From Candidatus Brocadia sp. (GTDB lineage: Bacteria; Planctomycetota; Brocadiia; Brocadiales; Brocadiaceae), in assembly GCA_021650915.1 (NCBI GenBank), contig CP091279.1:2910001-2942000 (forward strand): a stretch of DNA of 32,000 bases, read 5' to 3'. Both the position numbers and the translations under genes were made by a program. The stretch's first letter is position 1. Each line of letters begins with the position of its first letter. Below are positions 17,071 to 26,353 of this stretch, piece by piece. The notes under the pieces were generated by a model, which saw only the letters and a list, made by a program, of their open reading frames with translations, had not been told where the DNA came from and did no database searches.

Positions 17071-17202
17071 GTAACACTTTAGTTTTTTAAAAAATTCCAA
17101 TAAAGACGGTGTTTACCATACCGTGCAGGGGCAGGTTTGAAACCTGCCTCTACAAGACAATATTATTCATAGAGAGAATTTTTCAAAAAACTAAAGTGTT
17201 AC
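17071..17202. mobile_element. 132-bp MITE with 27-bp terminal inverted repeats and an 8-bp target-site duplication
   Basis: 17071-17097 gtaacactttagttttttaaaaaattc matches the reverse complement of 17176-17202 at 26/27. Flanked by gattattg at 17063-17070 and 17203-17210. Internal hairpin ggcaggtttgaaacctgcc. Confidence 0.65.
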
Positions 17203-17340
17203 GATTATTGTAATATCGAAGTACTTATAAATATGCGTAGATATGCCAAAGCCCGTCCCTTAGTCCTATGAATTTTGGTGTATCCCTACCGCAAGTCTCA
17301 TTTGTTTTTCATACTGAATTAACCAACAGGAGGATTCATC

Positions 17341-18378
17341 ATGCCACTCAAAAATTATGGCGTACTGAAGGGGCGGGTGATCGGCAGCCGCCCCGGGACC
17401 GGACCGAGTCCGCACTACCAGATCAACGTTGTGGCGGGTGCGACACAGTATCGCATTGCCATAAACGTTAAGTCGCAACTGGCGCCTTCCGAGCTCTTGT
17501 ACCTGGTGGTAGAAAATTTTCAACACCCTCTCACGGTCGGCTTATCGGAACTGGGTCACGGATTTTCTGAGGTTCAGCGCCGTCCGGGCGGAATTGCGCT
17601 GGATTTCATTCGTGGCAATCTGTTTCATCGCACACAGATGCGTCCCCTGCCATATAGCGTGCCGGGACCGGACAATGACCTCAATGAAAAGCTTCATGCG
17701 TACGTTCAACGCGCAATTGACGATGAAGATGCAACCATCTACGCCTTCGGTGAACGCTGGGGGCCTGAAAATGATCTGCGCGACCGGTATTTCGGTTTTC
17801 TGCCTGGAAACGGCGTGCACGATATTCATATGAACCAGGGGAACTCTGGCCGATTCACCGAGCAGGACGGTGTGTGGCAGGACGGCGGCTTACTCCTCCA
17901 TTTTCCCGCTATGACTGGGGGCAGCGGAGAGGTGTTATTTCCGGAACAGTGGGTGGCTATCTTCCTTGCCTTTCAGTCGCAAGCGTGGCACACGGACGAC
18001 GTCACCGGCCATCGGATTACCCCGGGAGGGCCGCCTGAAGAGGAGCCCGACGGACGCATACGGATTGTTGCCGCAATGGTTAATCCCAAAGGAGATGATG
18101 CAGGGCGGGAGCGGGTGACGCTCCTCAATACAACTCCGGACGTGATCAATCTTCAGGGGTGGTCGATTGCCGACAAAAATAAGCGCAAGACGATGCTTGC
18201 TGCCCTGGAGCTTGGTCCCGGCGCCACCACGCTGGTAACGCTGTCCAGCGAAGGCGCTCAACTATCGAACGATGGTGGTATTATTACCGTACTCGATAAG
18301 CAGGGGCTCAAGATTGATGGCGTCTCCTATACCAGGGAGCAGGTAGCGCGGCAGGGTTGGTCAATCGTCTTTCGATAA
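17341..18378 (+). CDS. DUF2278 (YukJ-like) domain protein fused to a C-terminal lamin-tail-like (LTD) domain
   Basis: MPLKNYGVLKGRVIG....HYQI....G..YRIAINVKS... and ...GVHDIHMNQGN...F..DNGVWQDGGLL match the DUF2278 pattern. The C-terminal ~100 aa (RIRIVAAMVNPKG.D.G.E.VTLLNTTPDVINLQGWSIADKN...LSNDGGIITVLD..G..ID.VSY) match the LTD pattern. AGGAGG SD upstream. By eye the gene is much GC-richer than its flanks. Confidence 0.7.
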   Translation: MPLKNYGVLKGRVIGSRPGTGPSPHYQINVVAGATQYRIAINVKSQLAPSELLYLVVENFQHPLTVGLSELGHGFSEVQRRPGGIALDFIRGNLFHRTQMRPLPYSVPGPDNDLNEKLHAYVQRAIDDEDATIYAFGERWGPENDLRDRYFGFLPGNGVHDIHMNQGNSGRFTEQDGVWQDGGLLLHFPAMTGGSGEVLFPEQWVAIFLAFQSQAWHTDDVTGHRITPGGPPEEEPDGRIRIVAAMVNPKGDDAGRERVTLLNTTPDVINLQGWSIADKNKRKTMLAALELGPGATTLVTLSSEGAQLSNDGGIITVLDKQGLKIDGVSYTREQVARQGWSIVFR

Positions 18379-18691
18379 ACGGATGCTGAATAACACGACG
18401 AGCCTATTTCGGCGGTAACGTATACCCAAGATGCTCATAAAATGTGAATTTTAAATTGATAATAAGGTGGCATGGACAAACTCTGTTTGTCCGTGTTGAA
18501 CTACTATAAATCACAAATTGTGAGCCTGTGGAGTATATTTCCTGAGATATGTTGTTGAAACGTAGCAGGGTAATGTACTCCGTTGCATTGCCCTGCACCA
18601 CATTTTAAAAGAATGCTGTTTACCAATACGTTGCGCCAGACATTTGATAATACCGTTTCGGCTATCCCTCTCCACGGTATTCTGATCCCGC

Positions 18692-20479
18692 TCAGGACCT
18701 GTCTTTGAAATGAATCGATGTTCGCGGGGCGGTGAGGCCAAACACGTATTCCTCTTTCCTCTTTTCCTGCTTCTCAGAAACCAGCGTCCGGTCCTTGGAT
18801 AAACTGAATAAGTATTGGATAAGTGCGTCCAACTGGCTATCACTAAGCCTATCAAAGGCGGGCATCTTATTCCGGGTACCATAGAATCGAGGATCAGCCG
18901 GGTTCCTGAGAAACTCCTTTAACCACGTCTCCGACAGATAGTCCGTCAGGTTTGGCGCCATCTTTTTCATGTCTTTGTTACCCATTGGATGACAGGCGAC
19001 GCACGTTCCTTTTAAGACAAGCCCTTTTCCCCGCTCCACCCGTTCGATATTTTGATTCACCAAACCCGCTGACTGGCTTAACAGGAATTCCGCCATATCC
19101 AGGAGTGATTCATCCGGAAGTTTTATGGGTGGCATCAATCCTGTTTCCTTAAAATATCTTTGATCCCTGGGATTCTTCAATAATTCGGCTACCCATTCTC
19201 TTGATCCAAAGTTAGTAAAATCTGGTCCATTATCGCCACCCTCACCCCCTACTTTATGACAACCAATACAGCTTTCTTTAAATATCTTTTCACCGAGGGC
19301 TACAGGATCATGAAGGAAGATCGACAGGCCGCCCGTAGGGGGAATTCCTTTTTCCGCCAGTTTCACCGCTCTGGCCGCTTGTTTCTCCGCCTCTTCGCGC
19401 TGATGGATGATATGGATATCCCTGCTGTCATGATGCATGGCGAGCACGGTCAAGACAACCGCCCCGGTCAATCCGGAAAATACTGCTCCAAAAAACGGTA
19501 TCCTCTTCGATGGGTATCTCGATGCGTCCCTGTCAATAAACGGGAGGACAAATAAAAAGGCCAGGGCGATGCCAGGAATAATCACGGTGCCAACAATGAG
19601 ATACTTCCCCTGGCAATATTTTAAAAGTTCAAATAAGAACAGGAAATACCATTCAGGCCGCGCCAGGTAATTCGATGCAGGGTCGGCTGGCGCTTGCAGT
19701 TCAGCGCCCCCCGTCCAGAAAATAACGCCGGCAAGGGCCGCATACATGCCAAGAGCAAATACCACATCTTTCAATATCTGATCTGGCCAAAAGGGGTCAA
19801 CACGATCTCTGAGCACGTCTTCCCTCATTTTCCAATACGGCGTCACGCCGTGTTTGCGAAAGAGGGCTATATGGATAAAAAGGAAAAAGACAAGGGAGAG
19901 GGGCAGTAAAAACACATGGAGGGTATAAAAACGGGTAATGGTAAAATTCCCGTAGTCAGCGCCTCCCTGATGCAATATTTTGATGTACTTACCAATCACC
20001 GGGATCGTGCCCATGATATTGGTAGCAACCTGCGTGGCCCAGTATCCTTTCTGATCCCAGGGCAGGAGATAGCCGGTGAGGCCGAAACCCGCCAGACAGA
20101 GAAGCAGGATAACGCCGGAAATCCAATTCAACTCCCGAGGCTTCTTGTACGCGCCAAAGATAAAGACCTGAAACATATGCACAAGGGCCAGGATCATCAT
20201 GGCGCTTGAACCATAATGGTGCAGCCCGCGCACAAACCATCCGAAGGAGGTCTTATGCTGAAGGTAATAAACACTTCCCCATGCTGCCGTTGAAGAAGGG
20301 GAATAGTAACTTGCCATAAGAATGCCGGTCACCGCTTGCAGGATGAAGAGAAATACCAGTCCGCTCCCGAAAACATATGACCATTTTGCCCCGCCATGCA
20401 CTGGCTCATCCAGCGCTGTTTTCAACAGCTTGCTTAGCCCCGTTCTGTCTTCTATCCATTCACCAAACTTGCTTGCCAT
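18692..20479 (-). CDS. cytochrome b6-like / subunit IV-like / dihaem cytochrome c fusion protein of a Rieske-cytochrome b complex
   Basis: Helix B haem ligands LHHYGSSAMMILALVH (i, i+14). Helix D HVFLLPLSLVFFLFIH (i, i+15, b6-type spacing). PEWYFLF motif. Two C-terminal CxxCH motifs (CIGCH, CVACH). Confidence 0.9.
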   Translation of the reverse strand: MASKFGEWIEDRTGLSKLLKTALDEPVHGGAKWSYVFGSGLVFLFILQAVTGILMASYYSPSSTAAWGSVYYLQHKTSFGWFVRGLHHYGSSAMMILALVHMFQVFIFGAYKKPRELNWISGVILLLCLAGFGLTGYLLPWDQKGYWATQVATNIMGTIPVIGKYIKILHQGGADYGNFTITRFYTLHVFLLPLSLVFFLFIHIALFRKHGVTPYWKMREDVLRDRVDPFWPDQILKDVVFALGMYAALAGVIFWTGGAELQAPADPASNYLARPEWYFLFLFELLKYCQGKYLIVGTVIIPGIALAFLFVLPFIDRDASRYPSKRIPFFGAVFSGLTGAVVLTVLAMHHDSRDIHIIHQREEAEKQAARAVKLAEKGIPPTGGLSIFLHDPVALGEKIFKESCIGCHKVGGEGGDNGPDFTNFGSREWVAELLKNPRDQRYFKETGLMPPIKLPDESLLDMAEFLLSQSAGLVNQNIERVERGKGLVLKGTCVACHPMGNKDMKKMAPNLTDYLSETWLKEFLRNPADPRFYGTRNKMPAFDRLSDSQLDALIQYLFSLSKDRTLVSEKQEKRKEEYVFGLTAPRTSIHFKDRS

Positions 20480-20507
20480 AGATTCAAGTCACCTTTGCTC
20501 TGAATTG

Positions 20508-20996
20508 TTATATCAATTTTTTATAATTTACCAGGACGTTATCGTTTTCAATCTTCGTTTCATAGCTATAGAGACTACGCGGCGCCGGGCCGGACACGAC
20601 CTTGCCGTTTATGTCAAAAATCCCTTCATGGCAGGGGCACAGAAATTGTTTTTCTTCTTCTCCCCAGTTGATGCCACAGCCAAGGTGCGGACAATTTACC
20701 GAGAACACGCTTAAAGAATTGTCTTCTTTTCGCAGCACCCAAACCGATCCCATAACCAATCCCTCAAAGACATTCCATGCATCCATCTTGGAGGAGGTAA
20801 CGTTCATTTTCTTTGGAATGCCGATGGGGAAATCTTCCAGCTTGCCAAGGTTAATAAAGTCTTCGGTTCCATACACCGTCTCTTTCAACCACGGGTGTAT
20901 CCCTAAACCAACCAATGGCGCTGCGATACCCGCTGCCAAAACCCCTCCCAGACTATGCGATACAATCTTCAGAAATTTTCTTCTGTTATTTTCCAC
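20508..20996 (-). CDS. Rieske [2Fe-2S] subunit with a twin-arginine signal
   Basis: Tat motif NRRKFLK. Rieske boxes CPHLGC and CPCHEG. Lies 28 nt upstream of the cytochrome b gene on the same strand. Confidence 0.9.
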   Translation of the reverse strand: MENNRRKFLKIVSHSLGGVLAAGIAAPLVGLGIHPWLKETVYGTEDFINLGKLEDFPIGIPKKMNVTSSKMDAWNVFEGLVMGSVWVLRKEDNSLSVFSVNCPHLGCGINWGEEEKQFLCPCHEGIFDINGKVVSGPAPRSLYSYETKIENDNVLVNYKKLI

Positions 20997-21186
20997 CGTT
21001 TACCCCTTTTCCGCTACCGTTGAAACACGGCTAAAAACCCGTTCGCTGTCTTAACCGCTCTTCGCCATTATGTAAGTTTTCAGTATTGAGCTAAAAAAGG
21101 AAATTGTATAAATTTTCTCATTAAAAGGAAAGATAATTTTAAGAAATCTGCAAAACTGCCAGAGTCACAATCATTTTGAATAATCC

Positions 21187-21750
21187 TTACTTCAGCTGCA
21201 GATCAAAGGTAATTTCCACCTCATTTTTAACCTTGAGCGTCCCCAGCAACGCCTTATAGGGCTTTATTCCAAAGTCTTTTTGGGACAGAACAAGCTTTCC
21301 TTTGAGGTCGTTTCCCGTGGTAGTCCTTGCATGAATCTCTGCCGGGCGCGTAACGCCATGCAGGGTCAGCTCGCCTTCGACGTGATAAGCGCCGTCCTTT
21401 TCCTTGACATTTATGGAACGGAAGGTGATGGCAGGATATTTGTCCGGGTGGAGCACATCTTTTGAAGTGGCTTCTTCAATGTCTGCTTTGTCCTTTTCCT
21501 TCAACAGATCATGCCGTTGCAGACCGTCTTTCATGGCGCATATTACCTTCAATGAATTGGCCTGAATCTCCGCTGTTACCCTTGCCAAACTCATGCCTCC
21601 GGCAGGGACATGGAGGTCTGCACAAAAATTGGTCGCTTCAATCAGCAGATCATGAGCCACGGCGCTCAGAAAGCCTTCTTTAAAGGTATAGACACATACC
21701 TTTCCGGAACTTGCCGTTACATGGTAGGAACCTTCTTTTACACCCATCAT
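21187..21750 (-). CDS. YceI-like (polyisoprenoid-binding family) protein, no obvious signal peptide
   Basis: ...DVLHPDKYPAITFRS..V......Y.V.GELTLHGVTRP.......L.QKDFGI.......LKV.NEVEI.F matches the YceI domain pattern. Confidence 0.7.
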   Translation of the reverse strand: MMGVKEGSYHVTASSGKVCVYTFKEGFLSAVAHDLLIEATNFCADLHVPAGGMSLARVTAEIQANSLKVICAMKDGLQRHDLLKEKDKADIEEATSKDVLHPDKYPAITFRSINVKEKDGAYHVEGELTLHGVTRPAEIHARTTTGNDLKGKLVLSQKDFGIKPYKALLGTLKVKNEVEITFDLQLK

Positions 21751-21946
21751 TTTCTCCTCATTCTAGCCAGATAATTGTATTCTGCGTAAGTCTTTAAAAA
21801 AATCTCAGATAGTATCCCAATTTTTCCCCACAATGTCAATTCACAAAAAACCACAGCAGCGGTTTTTGATTGATTGTCTGCATCTTTTGTGTTTCAATTT
21901 TCGTGTTCAGGTATGAGCATCATTCTTAGCAATCCTTACATGGCCT

Positions 21947-22720
21947 ATGCGTAACATACGGCTTCTGATAGAGTACGAGGGCACCCGATATGCAGGCTGG
22001 CAATGGCAGAAAGACCAGAAGACCGTCCAGGAAACCCTTTCACGGGCGACGGAGCAGGTCATTCGGGAACCGGTCACCCTGTATGGCGCCAGCCGAACCG
22101 ATTCTGGGGTGCATGCCCTGGGGCAGGCGGCTCACTTTAAAACGCTCTCGGCTATTCCATCTGAACGACTGGTTCACGCCATCAATTTCTATCTTCCCCA
22201 CGACATCACGGTAAAGGACGCAGCAGATGTCCCGGAATCATTTCACGCACAATATGACGCCCGGTCAAAGATTTACCGGTATACGATTCTGAACGACTGG
22301 ATAAGAACCTCGCTCAATCGTAATTTTTGTTATGTATGCGGCCTTCTGCTGAATACCGATAAAATGCTCGATGCCGCTCAATACCTCACTGGCACACACG
22401 ATTTTACCTCCTTTACCACAAAGGCGTTTCAGGAAAAGAACCGGGTGCGCACCATAAAAAGGCTGGAAATCGCCCGAGACGGGAGATATCTCTCTTTTAC
22501 CGTTGAGGCCGATGGTTTTCTCTATAACATGGTAAGAACGATCGTTGGCACCCTTATTGAGATAGGAAGGGGAAAAATTCCGCCGGAAGGCATAAAGGAT
22601 ATTTTGGCCGCAAAGGATAGAAAATTTGCAGGCCCCACGGCACCAGCAAAGGGCCTGTGCCTCATAGAAGTAAAATACAAGGATGATAATAGAATTGTGA
22701 AACAACCGGTAATATTATGA
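21947..22720 (+). CDS. truA: tRNA pseudouridine(38-40) synthase TruA
   Basis: IEYEGTRYAGWQWQ, the catalytic GASRTDSGVHALGQ and C-terminal ...GFLYNMVRTIVGTL...G. Confidence 0.92.
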   Translation: MRNIRLLIEYEGTRYAGWQWQKDQKTVQETLSRATEQVIREPVTLYGASRTDSGVHALGQAAHFKTLSAIPSERLVHAINFYLPHDITVKDAADVPESFHAQYDARSKIYRYTILNDWIRTSLNRNFCYVCGLLLNTDKMLDAAQYLTGTHDFTSFTTKAFQEKNRVRTIKRLEIARDGRYLSFTVEADGFLYNMVRTIVGTLIEIGRGKIPPEGIKDILAAKDRKFAGPTAPAKGLCLIEVKYKDDNRIVKQPVIL

Positions 22721-22780
22721 GCATCCCGGAAAAGGTGGTGGCAGGTCGTGCAGTTTGCAGACGGGAAGGCAGATAATCTC

Positions 22781-24124
22781 TTATCTGACCCCCGCTTCAC
22801 ATATTTCGCGCTGCGGAAGGCTTGCGGACGCTTTCCTTCCCCGTAACATCTCTAAAAAGCCCTCTATCCGTGTGGAAAATTGACCTGGCATGTAATTGTG
22901 GTCGTCAATACAATCCCCGTCAAGACTGAGGAGCGGGTAGCCGATCTTATTCAATTCCCTTTTCAGCGTAGGCACGGCGGCGTTGTTTCTCCTGCAGCCC
23001 CAGGACGAGAAGACCACGACACCATCAACCTGATATTCCCTGGCAAGCTTCCTGGTTACCTCGATGCGCCGCTCCAGCGGGCCGTTGTAATGGCTGGTGA
23101 TAAGCTTCTTTGCAAGACTTTCATACGGTCTTTGCGGATCAAGCTTATCCCAGTACACGTAATTGGTTTCCTCAAAAACAATCTTGACCCCTTGCTCCTC
23201 CTCTAATTTCGTCAGGAAATCAACCGTAAAATACGGTTTTAATTCCAGCCAGAGAATTCTGATCAGGTCTTTGTTATCGGTATGGTTTTCCTTCCGTTTG
23301 CTTTCTTCCATCTTCTCCCGTAATTCTGCCGCCAGGGCAGAGAAAAACTCTACGGACAATGTGGAGCCAATTAACAAGTATGCCGGAAACATGAACCCCA
23401 ATGCCCTGCTGCCGGGAAGGGGACAAAGGGGGTCTTTTCTCAGGGCATTGATTTCAAGCATCTTTTCCCGCATCTGGTTTGCATAATCGATTGCTTTTTC
23501 GAGTGATGCCCGTTCCATCTTCCTTCCGGTAATCTCTTCAAGCCGGTGAACAAAATCTTCAAGCTGTTTTGCAAGGTACTGAACGGAATAATCGTCCGCC
23601 TCATAGGGCACATCAATGACAATGGTCTCTTTCCCTGACACCGACTCGCATATCTTCATGGTCTTGGTATTGTTGTCACAAAGCGTTGTCGTAGCGACCT
23701 GGAGAATGTTTTTGGGAAAGAGGTCTCTGAAGGTATGCCCGATTGCAGACCGGTGAAAGGTGCAGATATCCGTGGGAACTCCATATGATTCAGCCTCCAT
23801 CAGCCCCCGGGAGCTTTGTCCCAAACCCGCAAAAAGCGCCGCCCCAATTTCCAGGCAAAACGGATACAGCCCCATGGCGAACAGAATTTCTGACGGAACA
23901 AACATTGTTGTCCAAACGGTTCGTTTCGGATTGGCATACACCCGATAGAGATGTTTTACCCCGACACGGGTCTGAACGCGCAGGGAAACCAATTCCTTTT
24001 TTTTGTTGCCCCGGAAGAAAAAATGATACACGCGCAGAAACCGCAGGAGCTCACGGAACATCAACGGAGAAAAACGACGGCGGATCGGTTCCAGCCATTC
24101 TTTATATTTACGAATTGACGCCAT
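22781..24124 (-). CDS. 2-hydroxyacyl-CoA dehydratase / benzoyl-CoA reductase (BCR/HAD) family subunit
   Basis: 447 aa with the three spaced Cys of the HgdA/B-BcrB/C family (TDICTFHR, TTLCDNN, SSWGCRR). The start is 9 nt after the upstream gene's stop. Confidence 0.8.
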   Translation of the reverse strand: MASIRKYKEWLEPIRRRFSPLMFRELLRFLRVYHFFFRGNKKKELVSLRVQTRVGVKHLYRVYANPKRTVWTTMFVPSEILFAMGLYPFCLEIGAALFAGLGQSSRGLMEAESYGVPTDICTFHRSAIGHTFRDLFPKNILQVATTTLCDNNTKTMKICESVSGKETIVIDVPYEADDYSVQYLAKQLEDFVHRLEEITGRKMERASLEKAIDYANQMREKMLEINALRKDPLCPLPGSRALGFMFPAYLLIGSTLSVEFFSALAAELREKMEESKRKENHTDNKDLIRILWLELKPYFTVDFLTKLEEEQGVKIVFEETNYVYWDKLDPQRPYESLAKKLITSHYNGPLERRIEVTRKLAREYQVDGVVVFSSWGCRRNNAAVPTLKRELNKIGYPLLSLDGDCIDDHNYMPGQFSTRIEGFLEMLRGRKASASLPQREICEAGVR

Positions 24125-24133
24125 GTTTTTCCC

Positions 24134-26059
24134 TTACTCTTTCCTGGAAGTACTGGTTAATTGTTCAAGAAATGCCTCAACCCTTGTTTTAATCTGGCCT
24201 TCGCTGCTCAGGGTATAATCACAATTGAGATGAAGGAGAGGAATATTTTTCTCATGGAACGTCTTTTTTATCACGGGATAATCCAGGAGATTATGGTCGC
24301 AAAATTTGAGGGTGTGATAAATCGCTCCATGAATTGATCTTTCCTGCATCGTGGTCAATACATTATTAATCCTGTCAAAGATATTAACCATACGGGAGCA
24401 CGGAGACCTCATGATATATCTCCTGGCAATTGACAGGATGGGGTCGCTGCTGACATGGATTTGGGCATCAAAATAGCGGCTGCCATTGCAGAGGTCCTCT
24501 GCAATTACCTTGGAGCCGGCATCTTCGATAATCTTCATAATTTTTTCGTTTTCCATAATACTTCCCCAGACGAAGAGCCTCGTTACGTCCCGTGTGTCAC
24601 GCACGCCCTCTCTTTGCTTCATCAGGTGGGTCAAATAGGACTGAAATTTTTCCGGCACGGCATTAACGCCCTTTTTTAACAGAGAAAAGATCTCATAGCC
24701 GGATTGTCCGAGATACCCGCTCCAGTACTTTTGTAAAAACATCCGTACTTTTTCCCGCACCGCATTGTAGAGGGTAATGCTCTGGTTAATATCATCCTGA
24801 TTGATTTTGAGCGTGAAGAAAGTTTCCAGTTTTTCTTTGAAATTTTTGAGCAGGTTTGCATAATAAAAAACCGCGGCCTCATCCGTATTTTTGGGAATAT
24901 CCAGGATGTAATTAAACGATTTTTTCCCATCGTCCAGTTTTACCCATGCGTCATACAACCGCCGCATCCCGTCGCACGAATTGACAAATACCATTCCCTT
25001 AAAATCTTCCAGGTGGCCATTGATTTTTTGATCAACAACGGCCTTGATATAAGGGCAAATATTGCCACAAAGCATCTCATTTGCGGCGCTCGACTCCTGA
25101 TCTGATCCCTTGATTCTGACCGGATGGAAACCGGCGGCACGAATAAGTTCCACCGGAGTATAGGAACAAAAATAGCCGATTTTCGGCAAGGTGTGGTCGT
25201 CGACAGAAAATTCTGTCACGGCGGCATCGGTCCGGTCGTTACCGGAGACAGAAACGGATACCGAGACCGGTGCGCTCGTCTTTGCACGAGCCTTTTCCAG
25301 GGCAATGAGCGCCGCTCCCAGCGCTCCATTGATTTGCGGTTCTTCTGAGATCTTGATTTTACAACCAAGACTCTTCTCCAGCTCTGTTACCACACCAATA
25401 TTCTTTGCGACACCGCCGGTCATGACAATCTCTTCTTCCAGTCCAATCCTCTTAAGCTGTGCGGTGATGCGTTTGGCAATGGAGACGTGCAACCCTTTGC
25501 AAATATCTGCCGTTCTGTGATCTGCGCCAATCAGGGATACCACCTCGGATTCGGCGAATACCGTACAAAGGCTGCTCACGGAAACATTCTCCTTTCCGTT
25601 CAGCGAAATCGGCCCCATTTCCTCCAGATCGATTTCCAGCGTTCTGGCCATAACCTCAAGAAACCGTCCGGTACCAGCGGCACACTTGTCATTCATAACA
25701 AAGTCGAGGACATTACCATTCGCATCGACCTTAATGACCTTGCTGTCTTGTCCGCCAATATCAATGATCGTCCTTGCCATAGGGAAATAATAGTTTGCCC
25801 CCTTGGCGTGGCAGGTTATCTCTGTCACCACTTCGTTGGCAAACGGCACCTTGATGCGTCCGTATCCGGTAGCAACAATATAATCGATATCGCGTTCAGA
25901 CAGCTTGTGTTCAGTCAGTATCTGCTGAAAAGTTTTATCGGCCGCCTTTTTACTGCTGGCGCCGGTGGGTATAATGATTGATGAAAGAATTTCCTTTTTC
26001 TCATTTATCAGAATGCCATTGGTTGACATGGAACCAATATCAATTCCTATAGTGTACAT
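24134..26059 (-). CDS. fusion of a BcrAD/BadFG/HgdC-type ATPase activator (N-terminal ~265 aa) to a BCR/HAD-family dehydratase-type subunit (C-terminal ~350 aa)
   Basis: Activator motifs: IGIDIGS, DIGGQDSK, the cluster ligands NDKCAAGTGRF and SSLCTVFAESE, and TGGVA. A (VS)4 linker follows. The C-terminal half has the three Cys GNICPY, VNSCDG and LKFCDHN. The ATG at 26059 is preferred (AAGGAG 10 nt upstream; MYTIGIDIGS is the family N-terminus). Confidence 0.85.
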   Translation of the reverse strand: MYTIGIDIGSMSTNGILINEKKEILSSIIIPTGASSKKAADKTFQQILTEHKLSERDIDYIVATGYGRIKVPFANEVVTEITCHAKGANYYFPMARTIIDIGGQDSKVIKVDANGNVLDFVMNDKCAAGTGRFLEVMARTLEIDLEEMGPISLNGKENVSVSSLCTVFAESEVVSLIGADHRTADICKGLHVSIAKRITAQLKRIGLEEEIVMTGGVAKNIGVVTELEKSLGCKIKISEEPQINGALGAALIALEKARAKTSAPVSVSVSVSGNDRTDAAVTEFSVDDHTLPKIGYFCSYTPVELIRAAGFHPVRIKGSDQESSAANEMLCGNICPYIKAVVDQKINGHLEDFKGMVFVNSCDGMRRLYDAWVKLDDGKKSFNYILDIPKNTDEAAVFYYANLLKNFKEKLETFFTLKINQDDINQSITLYNAVREKVRMFLQKYWSGYLGQSGYEIFSLLKKGVNAVPEKFQSYLTHLMKQREGVRDTRDVTRLFVWGSIMENEKIMKIIEDAGSKVIAEDLCNGSRYFDAQIHVSSDPILSIARRYIMRSPCSRMVNIFDRINNVLTTMQERSIHGAIYHTLKFCDHNLLDYPVIKKTFHEKNIPLLHLNCDYTLSSEGQIKTRVEAFLEQLTSTSRKE

Positions 26060-26353
26060 TATCAGAAATCTCCTTTTGGTTAAGGCAACACAGCGCCGCC
26101 TTAAACCCATAAAATGTGGTTTCTATAAAATACGGAAGACATTGAAACAGCGGATTGGCCGCAAACAAGCAAACAATCCTGCTTTTACAGAACATCCATA
26201 CTTTTTTGCATTGATGAAACTTGCAACAAGAACCGGGGTGAAGATCCAAACGCGAAACAATTTTACGGTTTTCAATACCGCTCCTCTGGCATGATAAAGT
26301 TGGTTGTCTATTATCGTTGGATCATGTATGGAAGATAGTTATTTATCGACTGC

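Noticed and set aside
18404-18690. Hairpins in the convergent gap after the DUF2278-LTD gene (ggacaaac-tct-gtttgtcc near 18473-18491; gcagggtaatg...cattgccctgc at 18565-18596), and the ORFs at 18404-18601 and 18511-18882.
   Set aside because: Neither hairpin has a proper U-tract, so I did not call terminators. The ORFs overlap the cytochrome gene end or have no coding features.
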